Origin: an uncultured Ignavibacteriales bacterium
GTDB taxonomy: Bacteria; Zixibacteria; MSB-5A5; GN15; FEB-12
DNA length: 64,000 nt
Assembly: GCA_964627305.1 (NCBI GenBank)
Contig: CAZVHP010000005.1
Location: 162,458 to 226,457 of the forward strand
Reading direction: 5' to 3'
Shown: positions 18,440-30,418 of the stretch, piece by piece
Layout: each line of letters begins with the position of its first letter
How positions within the stretch are numbered: the stretch's first letter is position 1
Notes under the pieces: model-generated
Databases searched by the model: none
What the model was told of the DNA's origin: nothing
The model's input: the letters and a program-made list of their open reading frames with translations, nothing else
Program-made: the position numbers and the translations under genes

Positions 18440-19909
18440 TTACTCGCCCTCGAACTCGGTGAAACCGCTCCTGAGGAGGTTCTCCCACGCTTGGTTGTAG
18501 ATCTCGCCATAGACGTTGGAGTGTACCAGACGGAAGTCGAAGTTTCCGGACCAGTCTTCGAAAATAAAGTACTTCCCCTCACGCATGCGGTGGTAGTACC
18601 ACACCTGATACGGATTGCCCGCTCGAGGAGCTTGCTTGTCCGTGATTTCATCGTAGAACCCGTAGGTCATCAGTACTCGTCCACGGTCGGTTGACCAGCC
18701 GTTGTCTCTGCCGGGATTGTTAGAGAACATCCTGTTCGCGTATCGCCAGAGCTGGATCGCCGCTATGCGGTTTTCGATCACGGAGGTTGCCGGATCTTCA
18801 TCGTTTTCAATCCAGAACTGCCTCAGGAAGTTCTGCTTTCCTTCGTCATTCAACCCCTTGAGGATTTCTCGCTGCTCCTCGCCTATGGACCAGTAGCTAA
18901 CCTGCACCTTCTGTTCGACACTCAGCGTGTCGTAGGGGTCCAGCACAGCTCCGGGGGTCCTGGCAAACTGCACGAACTGCTGCGATACAATTCGCACCGG
19001 TACCATAACCGTGTCACTCTGCCCACCCTCAAGGTCGCTGGCAACAATGCGAATCCTGTAACCTCCGGACGGCCACGAACTGATATTCAGTGTCTGGGCG
19101 ATTGAGGCATTCTGGCCCGGCACATCCATGACACGACCACCGAAGTTCTGATAAAACACGCCATCATCCCCATAGGCCTCAAAGGAAATGCGCCAGCGTG
19201 TCGTCCGATCCTCGTCATAGTCGAGGTTGTACACTTCGCCGAAGATGTAAGCAATTGAGTCTCTGTCGGCGTAGGTACCCGTGGGATTCGGGATGACAAG
19301 ATAACCATTGCGAAGCAACCTCTGATTAGGCCCGTCGTAACCCGGGCCGGCGTAGCTGATTCTGAAGGCTGTCTGCACACCCGCCAGTTCAAGCCGGTCG
19401 CGCTGAGACGGTTCCACCAGGATTTCGGACAGGAAGTATTCGCCATCACGCTTGGACACGGCATCGATAACAGTCACGCGAGCAGCGTACGTGCCGGGCT
19501 TAACCGTCAGCGCCAGCTTGTCAAAGACCATGTGGTCTTCGATTGCAGCCTCTGCCGAATCACTCACCTTGAGCGAGAAGTACGTGTTTGCCGAATCGAT
19601 GACCCAGCCGTCTTCGTCGTATAGATCGACCTGGGCAAACACTCGTCCGTACCAGGACGAATCGACTGAATCCGGACGGAAGAAATCAAACTGATTCCGA
19701 TTCATTCCGAACGGAAACTCGACCACGGCTACACTGTCATACACGGGGTTGTTATAGACCACAGCTGAGGCGTACACGCCTATCTTGCTTTTCTCCGATG
19801 CTGACACAGCCGAGGCTGCACAAAGCAGAACCAGCATCGACAGCAGAACTGAAGGCCTGAGTCTTGAAAGGATAGCCTTGTAGGTCGCATTGAGTATCAG
19901 CTTCTTCAT
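18440..19909 (-). CDS. GWxTD domain-containing secreted protein
   Basis: The C-terminal region GRDNGWSTDRGRVLMTYGFYDEI...NPYQVWYYH matches the GWxTD domain pattern. The start is set at MKKLILNA (ATG 19907-19909) with a signal peptide, because the longer track ORF overlaps the upstream gene. Confidence 0.75.
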   Translation of the reverse strand: MKKLILNATYKAILSRLRPSVLLSMLVLLCAASAVSASEKSKIGVYASAVVYNNPVYDSVAVVEFPFGMNRNQFDFFRPDSVDSSWYGRVFAQVDLYDEDGWVIDSANTYFSLKVSDSAEAAIEDHMVFDKLALTVKPGTYAARVTVIDAVSKRDGEYFLSEILVEPSQRDRLELAGVQTAFRISYAGPGYDGPNQRLLRNGYLVIPNPTGTYADRDSIAYIFGEVYNLDYDEDRTTRWRISFEAYGDDGVFYQNFGGRVMDVPGQNASIAQTLNISSWPSGGYRIRIVASDLEGGQSDTVMVPVRIVSQQFVQFARTPGAVLDPYDTLSVEQKVQVSYWSIGEEQREILKGLNDEGKQNFLRQFWIENDEDPATSVIENRIAAIQLWRYANRMFSNNPGRDNGWSTDRGRVLMTYGFYDEITDKQAPRAGNPYQVWYYHRMREGKYFIFEDWSGNFDFRLVHSNVYGEIYNQAWENLLRSGFTEFEGE

Positions 19910-19925
19910 TGTTCCCTTCCAGTAA

Positions 19926-21266
19926 TCAAAAATCCGGACGTTGCCCCCGACCGTCATAGGGGTACTGCAGACGGTAGTCGCCATCAAGATTGAGATCGAC
20001 AAAGGTGAATTTGCGATAGATGCCGTCGCGGTAATAGTGCCACTCCTGATACGGCACACTCGACAGCGAATAAGGGTAGTCATCGATCTCATCAGGCTCA
20101 CCGTGGCTGATGTAGATGCGTCCCCTGTCGGTCTTCCATCCCTCGCGGGTCATATGTCCGAAGCTCTCGTTGGCAACTCGCACGCGCCGGTAGAACTCGG
20201 TCTTGATCTCATTGGTGGTACTTCCGGGCGTCGGGTCAAGCTTGTTCCAGAACTCGTTGAACGCGGTCCGTCGTTCTTCGACAGTCTCAGCCTTCTTGAG
20301 TTCGTCTACTTCCTTGCGACTGGCAATGTATGAGATCTGCTCCACCAGCGTCTCATAGTCCTGATCCATGAGGCTTTCGACGGACCAGTAAACAGCGAAC
20401 TCTGCTCGCTGCCTGTCAAGCGTTCGGAGTCGACGGCCGAGCAATGACACCTCCAGTTCGTATTCTCCCGGGTCGAAGCCATCAACCGTGATGTTGCGCA
20501 GTTGCCGAGTAATCGGCTCGGTCAATTCGGTATGGAGCGAGTCTCGGTAGACCATGGAGCGGTTCTTCTTGCGTATCAGGGTCTCGACAACGACACTTTC
20601 GATGTCGGAGCTTCCGCGATAGATTTCGACATAGAACAACAGGGGATTGTCACCATCGCCCCCATAGCCATGATTCAAAGAAGGGACGACTACCATATTG
20701 CCCTTGTGAAATGCGCTGTGCTCGGCCTGCGTGGAATCCCAGGAACCAACGGCCTGGACCATCTCTATATCTGAAAGTCGGGGCGGCTTATCCCACCGCG
20801 GTGTCAAATCAACCTCGAAGTCGTGAGTATGAGTCGGCCCGCCATCGAGACTGCGGAGGGTTGCCCTGATCTTGTACCTCCCGGGCTGCAGAAGGAAGTT
20901 TGCCTGGTCAGTGCGATAGTCGAGGGCCGAGCGACCGGCGTCGGCCACCCGCACCGTTCCCTCCTTGGTGTATACATCGCCGGGCTGACCGCTTCTGCCC
21001 TGAACGTCTATCCTGACGTAGTAACGAGCCTGATCTACCCTGTCCTGCTTCTTGAACTTCAGCGCGTTGTTGAAGAACTGGAAATACACTTCAAGCCGAA
21101 CGAGCGAAGAATCCAGCGTGGAGAACTGCGCCCAGTCGACCAGAAACTTGGCGTTGTTGTCCGGTGTCTTCGTGACGATGCGCCCGGCCTGCGCCGACGT
21201 TCCCGCCAATCCCACGACCAGTAACGTCACCAACACCAATCTGAGTAGAGTATTCTTCATAGACAT
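19926..21266 (-). CDS. GWxTD domain-containing secreted protein
   Basis: Signal peptide (LVLVTLLVVGLAGTSAQA) and C-terminal REGWKTDRGRIYISHGEPDEIDDYP...VPYQEWHYY. Confidence 0.78.
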   Translation of the reverse strand: MSMKNTLLRLVLVTLLVVGLAGTSAQAGRIVTKTPDNNAKFLVDWAQFSTLDSSLVRLEVYFQFFNNALKFKKQDRVDQARYYVRIDVQGRSGQPGDVYTKEGTVRVADAGRSALDYRTDQANFLLQPGRYKIRATLRSLDGGPTHTHDFEVDLTPRWDKPPRLSDIEMVQAVGSWDSTQAEHSAFHKGNMVVVPSLNHGYGGDGDNPLLFYVEIYRGSSDIESVVVETLIRKKNRSMVYRDSLHTELTEPITRQLRNITVDGFDPGEYELEVSLLGRRLRTLDRQRAEFAVYWSVESLMDQDYETLVEQISYIASRKEVDELKKAETVEERRTAFNEFWNKLDPTPGSTTNEIKTEFYRRVRVANESFGHMTREGWKTDRGRIYISHGEPDEIDDYPYSLSSVPYQEWHYYRDGIYRKFTFVDLNLDGDYRLQYPYDGRGQRPDF

Positions 21267-21441
21267 CTAATCCGTTAAACGCGTTCAGCCGCCAAGCCGT
21301 TTCAATAAACGGCACTGCGGCAGACCACGCAACCTCTAACTAATGACGAGACGTGCGCCGATTGTATGCATAGCAAACACTGCTCGCGGTGGATCGGGCC
21401 AGGAATTGCGATGATATTAGATAATAACGGTGGTCGGACTG

Positions 21442-22692
21442 CTACTCGTAGCGCAGCGCTTCGATCGGATCGAGCCAAGCCGCCTTCGCTGCCGGATAGA
21501 TACCTGACACCAACCCCACCGATACCGAAACGGCAAATCCAACGATGATCCAGAAGAGCGATATCGATAATGGAAAACCGAGTGCGGCATTGAGGCCAAT
21601 TCCCCCCAGAACACCGATAATCACACCGACTATGCCACCAACGGCCGATAACGTGGTGGCCTCGGTAAGGAACTGCAGGATAATATTGGAGCGCTTGGCT
21701 CCAATAGCCTTCCGGATTCCTATCTCGCGGGTGCGTTCTGTCACCGAGACCAGCATGATGTTCATCACGCCTATGCCACCGACCATCAGTCCGACTGAGG
21801 TGATGATGATCATGGCCAGGTAGATGTATCTGGTGATGTTCGAGACCTGTTCCTTGATGCTGTCCTGCGTGGACAGGTGGAAATTATTCTCGCTTCCGAA
21901 CGGCACCCGACGGTAGACCCGCAGCGCCCCAATGATCTCTTCCTTTGCCTGATCAATCAGTTCAAAGCTCTTCGCTCTGGCCATCAGAGAGAGAGCCTCG
22001 TCCCAGGGGTGAAGCTTCTCGAATGTCGACAGCGGTATGGCGACTTTGTTGTTCTCGTACGAGTTGCCGAAATTGGAACTGATCTCCTCAAGTACTCCAA
22101 TCACGCTGAACCGGTTGCCGTTAACACGTACTTCCTTGTCGATAGGGTTTTCGTCCTCAAAGAGGGTTTTGGCCACATCGTGGCCGAGTACTACCACCAT
22201 CGCCCGCTGTTGCTCATCGATGTCCGTAATGAAACGCCCCGCACTGACGTTCTTGTCCTTCACCTTCAGAAAGTCCGGCCAGGTGCCCATCAACCCGATA
22301 TTGGTAGCCTTCCTGTTCTTGTACTTAGCGACATTGCCGCCCGGCGCCCAGTAATGATTCATCGGCGCCACCCCTTCTACCGATGGGCAGTTGTCTCTGA
22401 TGGCAACGGCCTCCCCCACTGTGATTTCGGGACGATTCCGCTCCGCCTCGGTCAGGCTGCTCCAGTCCACATCGTGCCCGAAACGCTCGATATCAATAAT
22501 GTTGCTGCCGATGCTGTCGATCTCCTGTGCCATGGCACCGTCCAGACCATTGATGATGGAGGCCAGTCCAATGACCGAACTGACGCCAATGAGCACCCCA
22601 AGAATAGTCAGAAAAGATCGTAGCTTGTTGCTCCTCAGCGACGACAGGGCCATCAGGACAGCATCCTTGATTTCGACACTGGTCAGCATCAT
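21442..22692 (-). CDS. ABC transporter permease, MacB/FtsX type
   Basis: N-terminal TM (LRSNKLRSFLTILGVLIGVSSV), a large periplasmic domain, and a C-terminal FtsX module ([18 protein letters not shown]). Confidence 0.85.
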   Translation of the reverse strand: MMLTSVEIKDAVLMALSSLRSNKLRSFLTILGVLIGVSSVIGLASIINGLDGAMAQEIDSIGSNIIDIERFGHDVDWSSLTEAERNRPEITVGEAVAIRDNCPSVEGVAPMNHYWAPGGNVAKYKNRKATNIGLMGTWPDFLKVKDKNVSAGRFITDIDEQQRAMVVVLGHDVAKTLFEDENPIDKEVRVNGNRFSVIGVLEEISSNFGNSYENNKVAIPLSTFEKLHPWDEALSLMARAKSFELIDQAKEEIIGALRVYRRVPFGSENNFHLSTQDSIKEQVSNITRYIYLAMIIITSVGLMVGGIGVMNIMLVSVTERTREIGIRKAIGAKRSNIILQFLTEATTLSAVGGIVGVIIGVLGGIGLNAALGFPLSISLFWIIVGFAVSVSVGLVSGIYPAAKAAWLDPIEALRYE

Positions 22693-22707
22693 AACACTGT
22701 CCCCTGA

Positions 22708-23931
22708 TTACTCATAGCTAAGTGCCTTGATTGGGTCAAGCCGTGCCGCTTTCATCGCCGGATAAATCCCGAATATCACACCAATCCCGATTGAGATCGA
22801 CAGCCCCATTGTGATTGCGAGCGCTGATGGTGAGATGTCGACATCGATCATGCCGACTAGTGATTTCGCAACAAGGAAGCCGGCAATGATGCCGATCAAC
22901 CCTCCCGAGAGCGTGGTCATCAGCGCCTCGAACAGAAACTGCAGGAGAATGTGGCTCTGCCTCGCTCCGACCGACTTGCGTATCCCGATCTCGCGTGTAC
23001 GTTCAGTCACCGATACCATCATGATGTTCATGACGACGATTCCGCCGACGACTACTGACACTGAAGAGATCCCTACCAGTCCCATACGGAACATACGGGT
23101 CACGTTGTTGAGAAACTCAAGAATATTGTCAGCCGTCAGAATGGCGAAATCGTCCGGTTTGTCATACGGCACCTGCCGCTTGGCCCGCAGCACCATGCGC
23201 ACCTCATCCATAGCCTGATCCATCGTTTCCAGGGAGGCCGCTTTAATGAAGTAGTTCAGCCGCGATCCCTGAAATCCATAGTGCTTGGTGAAGGTCTCAA
23301 AGGGAATGACGACGAAATTGTCACGCTGATTGCCCATCATCGAGCCCTGCTTCTTTGCGACACCAATGATGGTGTGCTTGACGCCGTCGATACGAAGCTC
23401 TCTGCCGATCGGGTCCAACCCCTCATACAATCGTTCCCTGATGGCGTCACCAATAAAAACTACTCGCCGACGATAGAAATCGTCTTCAAACGAGTGGAAA
23501 CGTCCTTCAGCCACCTCAACATCGACAATATCGATGTACTCGGCGGTGGTACCGAGAATATTGATGTTCTTAATGTTCTGTCCGCGATAACGAACATTGT
23601 CGGTAGCTGTACTGGCCGAATACGCAACTGTCTCGCACAGGTCGCACCCGGCCCTGATCAGATCGCCGGTTTCACGGTCGAAGGCCTTGCGCTTGGACAC
23701 CTCCAGCCACTGCTCGTGAGAAGTTACAATGCCCCATTTCTGCACAATAAATGTGGTGGGACCCAACCGACCCAAATCGGCTTCTATGGCCCCCATGATC
23801 CCCTCCAGGGCTGAGATAATTGTCATCACAGAGGTGAACCCCACTACCACCCCCAGAAGCGTCAGCCCTGAGCGGAGTTTGTTCGCCCACAGTGCGTGCC
23901 AGGCCAGCCCGATGAGTGGTAGAACGATCAT
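22708..23931 (-). CDS. ABC transporter permease, MacB/FtsX type (second paralogue)
   Basis: Same architecture as the adjacent permease: [22 protein letters not shown] ... [18 protein letters not shown]. Confidence 0.85.
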   Translation of the reverse strand: MIVLPLIGLAWHALWANKLRSGLTLLGVVVGFTSVMTIISALEGIMGAIEADLGRLGPTTFIVQKWGIVTSHEQWLEVSKRKAFDRETGDLIRAGCDLCETVAYSASTATDNVRYRGQNIKNINILGTTAEYIDIVDVEVAEGRFHSFEDDFYRRRVVFIGDAIRERLYEGLDPIGRELRIDGVKHTIIGVAKKQGSMMGNQRDNFVVIPFETFTKHYGFQGSRLNYFIKAASLETMDQAMDEVRMVLRAKRQVPYDKPDDFAILTADNILEFLNNVTRMFRMGLVGISSVSVVVGGIVVMNIMMVSVTERTREIGIRKSVGARQSHILLQFLFEALMTTLSGGLIGIIAGFLVAKSLVGMIDVDISPSALAITMGLSISIGIGVIFGIYPAMKAARLDPIKALSYE

Positions 23932-24638
23932 CCCGAGGTACCGTTTCGCTCCCCCACAGCGACTTGTTCATCAGAAGCAAGCTCACCATCGAGGATCGAC
24001 AGCACGCGATGGGCATGCAAGGCAATGTCCCGCTCGTGCGTCACCAGGATAATGGTATTGCCCCTGTCGTGGAGCAGGTTAAACAGCCTCATCATCTCCT
24101 GAGAGGTTTTGCTGTCAAGATTTCCGGTGGGCTCGTCGGCCAGCAGCAGCGACGGGTTATTTACCAGCGCTCTGGCAACCGCAACTCGCTGGCGTTGCCC
24201 GCCAGATAGCTCACTGGGCTTGTGGTACATTCTGTCGGCAAGTTCCACCTTCTCCAGAGCCTCCTCAGCCAGCCGCCGTCTCTCAACGGCACTGGTGCCA
24301 TTGTAGATCAACGGCAGCTCAACGTTGTGCAACGCCGTTGCCCGGGGCAGGAGGTTGAACGTCTGAAACACGAAGCCAATCTCGCGGTTGCGGATATTGG
24401 CCAACTCGTCGTCATTCATGTGGCTGACAGGCTTCCCGTTGAGCCTGTATTCACCCCTGGTCGGCGTGTCAAGACAACCAACGAGATTCATGAGGGTTGA
24501 CTTGCCTGAACCCGACGGCCCCATGATTGCCACGTACTCCCCTTTCTCAATCCGCATACTGACCCCGCGCAGTGCATGCACCTCCTCGGAACCCATAACA
24601 TAGGTTCTCCACAAGTTCTCAGTTTCTATCAGTGCCAT
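23928..24638 (-). CDS. ABC transporter ATP-binding protein (MacB/LolD-like)
   Basis: Walker [10 protein letters not shown], signature [15 protein letters not shown], Walker [13 protein letters not shown]. Confidence 0.92.
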   Translation of the reverse strand: MALIETENLWRTYVMGSEEVHALRGVSMRIEKGEYVAIMGPSGSGKSTLMNLVGCLDTPTRGEYRLNGKPVSHMNDDELANIRNREIGFVFQTFNLLPRATALHNVELPLIYNGTSAVERRRLAEEALEKVELADRMYHKPSELSGGQRQRVAVARALVNNPSLLLADEPTGNLDSKTSQEMMRLFNLLHDRGNTIILVTHERDIALHAHRVLSILDGELASDEQVAVGERNGTSG

Positions 24639-24640
24639 GC

Positions 24641-25963
24641 TCAGACTCCGCTGCTGCTTTGTCGAGGTTGCGGTTTGACCGCCTCGCCATCATTAATCGT
24701 TCGCAGCACCCGGTAAGGACCGGAGATCACCGAGTCGCCATCGACCAGGCCGCTGCTAACCTCTATATACCGGCTGTCGGCAATACCCGTCTCAACCGGC
24801 ACGAAGACTGCTTTGCCGTCGCGAATCACAAACACGCCGCGGACATCCTCGCGCTTTTCATCATCATCGCCGGTTGGTCCAAGTTCTCCCTCTATGTCAT
24901 CAGAGGCGTGCACTCCCGAGGTTGACTGGTCGGTCCCCGCGCCTGATCTGGCGCGCTCCAGCGAATCCAGATCAATCGTCCGCATGACCACAGCACTATA
25001 GGGGATACTGACAACATCTGGTCTCTCGCTGGCGATTATATCAACGGTAGCCGACATCCCGGTGCGAATCTCAACATCGCGATCCTGGAACATCACTTTG
25101 ACGCGGAAATCCGTACTCTGGTCCTGAGAGCCGAAACCGGAAATCATAGCCGTATTCCCGACATCGACCACCTCGCCGCGGAACGTGGTGTCCGGGAAGG
25201 CATCGACCTCAATTTTTGCCTGCTGGCCGGGGCGTACTTTGGTTATCTCGGTTTCATCGACTCTGACCTCGACCTCAAAAACATCAAGATTAGACACCGT
25301 CATCAACGTCCGCCCCTGGGTAAAGGCTGTCTGGGCGGCCGCGATCTCGCCGACCTCGCAGTCTACCATAGTCACTACTCCGTCCATCGGGGAGTGAATA
25401 CGGGTCTTGCGAAGATTGTCCAGCGACTTGCTGTACATCGCCTGCATCTGGCTGGCCTGCGCTTGCATGGCCTCGTAATTGGCCCTGGCGTTCAGGTAGG
25501 CATACCGAGCGTTCTTGAAAGCCTGTTCAGAAGCTCCCTCCAGCTCAAACAGGCGCTTCTGCCGCTCATACTCCTCTTCGGCCTGCTCCAACTGAGCTTT
25601 GGCACCGTCGCGACGGGCAATGATCTCATCAACCCGGTATCGCGCCTGCTCCGCATCAGACTGGGCCTGCACTGTGTCCAGAAGGATCAGCAGATCGCCG
25701 GCGTTGACCCGGTCACCCTCGCGAACAAACAGCCCGATAATCTCACCATTGATCTCACTGGTGATATCGACCGCCGTTCGAGGCTGTATGCGACCCGAGG
25801 CGGACACGGTTGACACAATCGACCGCGTCTTGGCCACCTCCGCCTGAACAACCACGGAGGAATCCGTGCTGATCGCAAAATTCGCCACCACGATCGCCAC
25901 GACAACGATTGCCCCCAGTATGATCCACAGCAGCTTCTTTCTACTCCCCGACTTGTTCGCCAT
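24641..25963 (-). CDS. Efflux periplasmic adaptor (MacA/HlyD family membrane fusion protein)
   Basis: N-terminal TM anchor, a lipoyl-like/alpha-hairpin region with long coiled-coil heptads ([39 protein letters not shown]), and beta-barrel motifs. It sits between TolC and the ABC genes. Confidence 0.82.
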   Translation of the reverse strand: MANKSGSRKKLLWIILGAIVVVAIVVANFAISTDSSVVVQAEVAKTRSIVSTVSASGRIQPRTAVDITSEINGEIIGLFVREGDRVNAGDLLILLDTVQAQSDAEQARYRVDEIIARRDGAKAQLEQAEEEYERQKRLFELEGASEQAFKNARYAYLNARANYEAMQAQASQMQAMYSKSLDNLRKTRIHSPMDGVVTMVDCEVGEIAAAQTAFTQGRTLMTVSNLDVFEVEVRVDETEITKVRPGQQAKIEVDAFPDTTFRGEVVDVGNTAMISGFGSQDQSTDFRVKVMFQDRDVEIRTGMSATVDIIASERPDVVSIPYSAVVMRTIDLDSLERARSGAGTDQSTSGVHASDDIEGELGPTGDDDEKREDVRGVFVIRDGKAVFVPVETGIADSRYIEVSSGLVDGDSVISGPYRVLRTINDGEAVKPQPRQSSSGV

Positions 25964-26039
25964 ATACCACTAACCTGCCCTTCACACTCAGACGCGACAA
26001 CGCTATGTGACCTCACACGCGTAACTCACGTCCTTTATA

Positions 26040-27464
26040 TCACATTTTACCCATTGCGTTCTCGAGTTTCGCCACTGCCAAATTCAGATCGAAATCTGCC
26101 TGAATGCTGGCCACCAGGGCCTGACGCAGAGATACCTGGGCATCGAGCAGGTCCAGTATGGTCGCAGCGCCGAGTGTATATCTCTCCTGCGTGATACGAA
26201 GGTCCTCCTGGGCCGCCTCAACATTCTCCGACGTCACCTGCTGTTTCTTCTCAAGCTGACGGATCTCAAGGAATGCCGTCTTGATATCACGCGAGACCAG
26301 ATTGCGCATATCCGAGAGCTGCGCCCGGGCATTGTTTCGTGCCACTTTGGCATAGCTCAGATTGCGTTCCCGACTAAAGCCGTCGAAGATGTTCCAGGTG
26401 ACCCGGAATCCAACCGTGGTGCTTCTTTCGGAAAAGTCAAAGGTGACCGTATCGCCACGAGTGCCGCTGGAATACCCAAGATTGGCATACCCGATCACGC
26501 TTGGCAGATACTCGGACTGACGGGCGCGGACCGATTGCCGGGAAGCGTCAAAGTACTTCTCAGCGGCCAGCAAACCGGGCTGGTGCGCCATCCCGAACGC
26601 GATCGCTTCTTCAAGTGATGTATCATAACGACGCTCCAGATACTCAGTTGAGAACTCAACATCGGAGGCCGGGTCAATGCCAACGGTATAAGCCAGAAGC
26701 GCACGGGACGTCACGACAGAGTTCTCCGCAGTCAGCAGATTGAGTTGGTCATTCCCGTACTGTACCTTCTGCTTGAGCAGGTCGGACCGCGAGGCTGAAC
26801 CAAGGTCGAACTTGGACTGGATGAGTTTCAGCTGCTCTTCGCTTCGCTTGACGGCATCGTGCTGAACCTCCAGATTTTCCATCGAGGCAAGGTACGCGTA
26901 GTACACGGCCTTGACCGAGTAGATCAGATCCTGTTCGGAAGCCATCACATCCAGTCTGGCCTGCTCACGCTGGGCACGGGCCGAAGCGTAGCTGAAGAAG
27001 TTCGACAGTCGAAACAGCGACATGCTGGCGTCGAAAGACAGGCTCTTGCCCGTTCTGTCCTGATCGCCGAGATCCTGCTCGACAATTCGATAGCCACTGA
27101 TAGAGTCACGCGGCAACGGATAATTCACTGCCTCTCCACTGCGAAGATCAACGAACGAGATCGTGTCCATGTAGAACCCGGCCACGGTCGGCACCTCGAC
27201 CTCGGATTTCACATCGCGCGATTTGGAGTCAGAGTACGAGTAGGAGGCGCTTACCTGCGGCAGGAATGCGCCCAGGGCAGCGCGCTTATCCGCTGAGGCC
27301 ATAGCCTCACTACCTCTGGCAGCTATGATGGAAGCCCTGTTTTTCAGGGCAAGTTCAATGCAGTCATCCAGCGTCAGCGGCTCGGATGAGGCCGATACTG
27401 CAGTCAATGCGATCGTTAGCAGGATGGTGGCGACCAGAAGGGCCATCAACGGCTTCATAAACAA
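26040..27464 (-). CDS. TolC family outer-membrane efflux protein
   Basis: Signal peptide, LTLDDCIELALKNRASIIAA start, and two TolC-type repeats. Length 474 aa. Confidence 0.85.
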   Translation of the reverse strand: MFMKPLMALLVATILLTIALTAVSASSEPLTLDDCIELALKNRASIIAARGSEAMASADKRAALGAFLPQVSASYSYSDSKSRDVKSEVEVPTVAGFYMDTISFVDLRSGEAVNYPLPRDSISGYRIVEQDLGDQDRTGKSLSFDASMSLFRLSNFFSYASARAQREQARLDVMASEQDLIYSVKAVYYAYLASMENLEVQHDAVKRSEEQLKLIQSKFDLGSASRSDLLKQKVQYGNDQLNLLTAENSVVTSRALLAYTVGIDPASDVEFSTEYLERRYDTSLEEAIAFGMAHQPGLLAAEKYFDASRQSVRARQSEYLPSVIGYANLGYSSGTRGDTVTFDFSERSTTVGFRVTWNIFDGFSRERNLSYAKVARNNARAQLSDMRNLVSRDIKTAFLEIRQLEKKQQVTSENVEAAQEDLRITQERYTLGAATILDLLDAQVSLRQALVASIQADFDLNLAVAKLENAMGKM

Positions 27465-27470
27465 ACTCCT

Positions 27471-28214
27471 CTACATTAGTATCTGCCCGATGGCTGTCAC
27501 GACGATGTGCAGGATTGACAGCAACCCGACAGACAGGACCGACAGCAGATAACCTTTGTTTCGCGGCATGTCATATATTATGGACAAACCAATCCCCACA
27601 ACGATTATCTCCCAGATGTTGAAAACCCCGACTTTCGACAGAGCCACATAGAGCACATGCTGAGGCCCAAGATTTGGTACGAGCGCCGCCAACGAAAGCG
27701 ACACCATGACACTCCCCTTTGCCAAAGCCAGCGGGATGAGGACCAGCATACCGACCGCGTAGAGAAACGCTCCATACAACATGACTGACCACACCTGCTT
27801 GAAGCGGGCATTGCCGGCCATGACGAAATTGCCGAAGAACAGCGCCAGCAGAGCCGTCAGCAATGGTCCGAGAACCATCGCCAGGGTGCCCCCTGCGAGT
27901 GTCTGGATCTTCATCACAGTGCGAATCTGTTCACCCGGTGGCCACATCCCCTGCAACTCCAGTTGATTGCGCACCTGAGGCATCTCCAGTTGCATCTGTA
28001 CCAACATATCGCCCAGTGCCAGGAAGAAGACGGCGACCACAATCAGCAGCGCCAGCAGGGGAATGAGAACTCTGGGACGATTCCTGACACCTTGAAACAA
28101 CTCGGTTGGACGATAGAATACGTCAACCAGCCCTCGAAGGCTCCCCACTGTCTCTGTTTCAGCCTGCGGCCCGGCCGCAGGTGGCATAACCTGCTCCATC
28201 TTGTTATCCCTCAT
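27471..28214 (-). CDS. Yip1-domain-like integral membrane protein
   Basis: Soluble N-terminus (LVDVFYRPTELFQGV) followed by 5 hydrophobic helices. First gene of the efflux operon. The family call is tentative. Confidence 0.5.
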   Translation of the reverse strand: MRDNKMEQVMPPAAGPQAETETVGSLRGLVDVFYRPTELFQGVRNRPRVLIPLLALLIVVAVFFLALGDMLVQMQLEMPQVRNQLELQGMWPPGEQIRTVMKIQTLAGGTLAMVLGPLLTALLALFFGNFVMAGNARFKQVWSVMLYGAFLYAVGMLVLIPLALAKGSVMVSLSLAALVPNLGPQHVLYVALSKVGVFNIWEIIVVGIGLSIIYDMPRNKGYLLSVLSVGLLSILHIVVTAIGQILM

Positions 28215-28348
28215 GCGTCTTACTAACGTGAACCGAAGCGAAATGTTTCACCCGGAAACTTCGCCGTCGGCCCGTTTCAGGTTCTACTCGGCCTGAGTCA
28301 CCGATATTCACTGCAAAATAGAGAAACTGGATATCGGATAGCAACTGG

Positions 28349-28388
28349 CAAAAGAGACAGGGTGCTATCGGACTGACGATGACACCCT
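28349..28388 (-). terminator. Putative terminator downstream of hppA
   Basis: AGGGTG...CACCCT stem (28359-28388), followed on the minus strand by GUCUCUUUUGCC. Confidence 0.4.
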
Positions 28389-28426
28389 AAATTCACAGAT
28401 CATAACCTGTATAGCGATCGGCAGAC

Positions 28427-30418
28427 TTAGTTAAACAGGGCCGGGCCAATCACCAGAGATACGATAGCCATAAGCTTGATGAGAATGTTCATCGAGGGGC
28501 CGGAAGTGTCCTTGAAGGGATCACCAACGGTATCGCCAACGACCGCCGCCTTATGGGCGTCAGAGCCCTTGCCGCCATGCAGACCGGCTTCGATCGACTT
28601 CTTGGCGTTATCCCAGGCACCGCCGGCGTTGGCCATCATCAGGGCCATCATCACACCGGACATTGTGGCACCACCGAGAAATCCACCCAGAGCCTCTTTG
28701 CCCAGCAGCGATCCGACAATGATAGGCGAGAACACAGCCACCAATCCGGGGGCCACCATCTGGGCCAAAGCGCCGGTTGTGGCAATATCAACGCACCGCT
28801 CGGTATCCGGCTTGGCTTTGCCTTCCATCAGGCCCTTGATTTCCTTAAACTGACGGCGCACTTCCTCAACCATCTTCTGCGCCGCCTTGCCGACAGCGGT
28901 CATCGTCAGAGCCGCTACGAAGAATGGCAGTACACCACCGATGAAGAAGCCAATCACAACATTGACGCTCAGCATATTGATGCTCTCAAGGCCGACACTG
29001 GTGGCATAGGCTGAGAAGAGAGCCAGCGCGGTCAAGGCGGCAGAACCAATGGCGAAACCCTTGCCGATGGCGGCCGTGGTGTTGCCGAGAGCGTCGAGAG
29101 CATCGGTAATCTTGCGGACATCCGGGCCGAGCCCACTCATTTCGGAGATGCCGCCCGCATTGTCTGCGATTGGGCCGTAGGCGTCGACTGACATGGTAAC
29201 ACCGATAGTGGCCAACATGCCAACACCGGCGATGCCGATACCGTACAGACCGGCCAGCGAGTATCCGGCAAAGATGGCACCGCAGATGACGATGACGGGC
29301 ATAAGCACCGACTCCATACCGACAGCGAGACCACTGATAATGTTTGTGGCCGCACCGGTTTCCGAGGATCGTGCGATTCTTCGCACCGGGCCGGCTGCCG
29401 TATAGTATTCAGTGAGCAGACCAAGTACAATACCAGCCAGATTACCGGCAAGAATGGCATAGAAGACCTTGTTGTCTACACCGAGTTTGTCAATAATGAA
29501 GTATGCCGCAATGAGCATGACTACCGCGCCCACATAGGTAACCAGGCGCAGGGTCGCAGCCGGGTTCATGGTGGAGAACAACCGCACCGACAGCACCCCG
29601 AGCATCGAGGCCAGCGCGCCAAACGCGACGATCAGCAGCGGCAACTGCATGTAGGCCTCTCTGGCGGTGTTGGGAATCGCCATTGAGGTGGCACCAATAG
29701 CCATAGTGGCGATAACCGAACCGACATACGATTCGAACAGGTCGGCCCCCATGCCGGCGGTATCACCCACGTTGTCGCCGACGTTGTCGGCGATCACAGC
29801 CGGGTTGCGCGGATCATCCTCAGGGATACCGGCCTCTACCTTACCTACCAGATCAGCGCCGACATCAGCGGCCTTGGTATAGATACCGCCACCAACACGA
29901 GCGAAAAGCGCGATTGACGAAGCTCCCATGGCGAAACCGTTGATGATCCACTGCTGATCGGGGTTTCCAAAGAAGTAGTAGGCTACGCCGACACCGATCA
30001 ATCCGAGCGAAGCAACGGACATTCCCATCACAGCGCCACCCGAAAAGGCGATCGAGAGCGCCTGAGGCTGACCAGATTCCTTGGCCGCATTGCAGGTACG
30101 AACATTCGCCCTGGTAGCAGCCTTCATGCCAATGAAGCCGGCAAGCATCGAGCAGGCAGCACCGCCCAGAAAAGCCAGCGCCGAATACTGGCCGATTTTC
30201 CAGAAGAGCAGTACCGCGACGACGATCACGAATACTATCAGGATGGAATACTCGCGCCTGAGAAACACCATGGCGCCCTTGTGAATCTGTTCCGAGATCT
30301 CTTTCATCAGGTCACTGCCCGCGGACCGTGATCGGATCCACATGAACAGCCCAAGAGCGAACACCAAGCCCGCCACCCCGATGATTGCAGCTAAAATACC
30401 ATAGTTCATCAGCAGCAA
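28427..30418 (-). CDS. hppA: Membrane-bound ion-translocating pyrophosphatase
   Basis: 663-aa polytopic protein with hallmark motifs [40 protein letters not shown] and [15 protein letters not shown]. Confidence 0.93.
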   Translation of the reverse strand: MLLMNYGILAAIIGVAGLVFALGLFMWIRSRSAGSDLMKEISEQIHKGAMVFLRREYSILIVFVIVVAVLLFWKIGQYSALAFLGGAACSMLAGFIGMKAATRANVRTCNAAKESGQPQALSIAFSGGAVMGMSVASLGLIGVGVAYYFFGNPDQQWIINGFAMGASSIALFARVGGGIYTKAADVGADLVGKVEAGIPEDDPRNPAVIADNVGDNVGDTAGMGADLFESYVGSVIATMAIGATSMAIPNTAREAYMQLPLLIVAFGALASMLGVLSVRLFSTMNPAATLRLVTYVGAVVMLIAAYFIIDKLGVDNKVFYAILAGNLAGIVLGLLTEYYTAAGPVRRIARSSETGAATNIISGLAVGMESVLMPVIVICGAIFAGYSLAGLYGIGIAGVGMLATIGVTMSVDAYGPIADNAGGISEMSGLGPDVRKITDALDALGNTTAAIGKGFAIGSAALTALALFSAYATSVGLESINMLSVNVVIGFFIGGVLPFFVAALTMTAVGKAAQKMVEEVRRQFKEIKGLMEGKAKPDTERCVDIATTGALAQMVAPGLVAVFSPIIVGSLLGKEALGGFLGGATMSGVMMALMMANAGGAWDNAKKSIEAGLHGGKGSDAHKAAVVGDTVGDPFKDTSGPSMNILIKLMAIVSLVIGPALFN

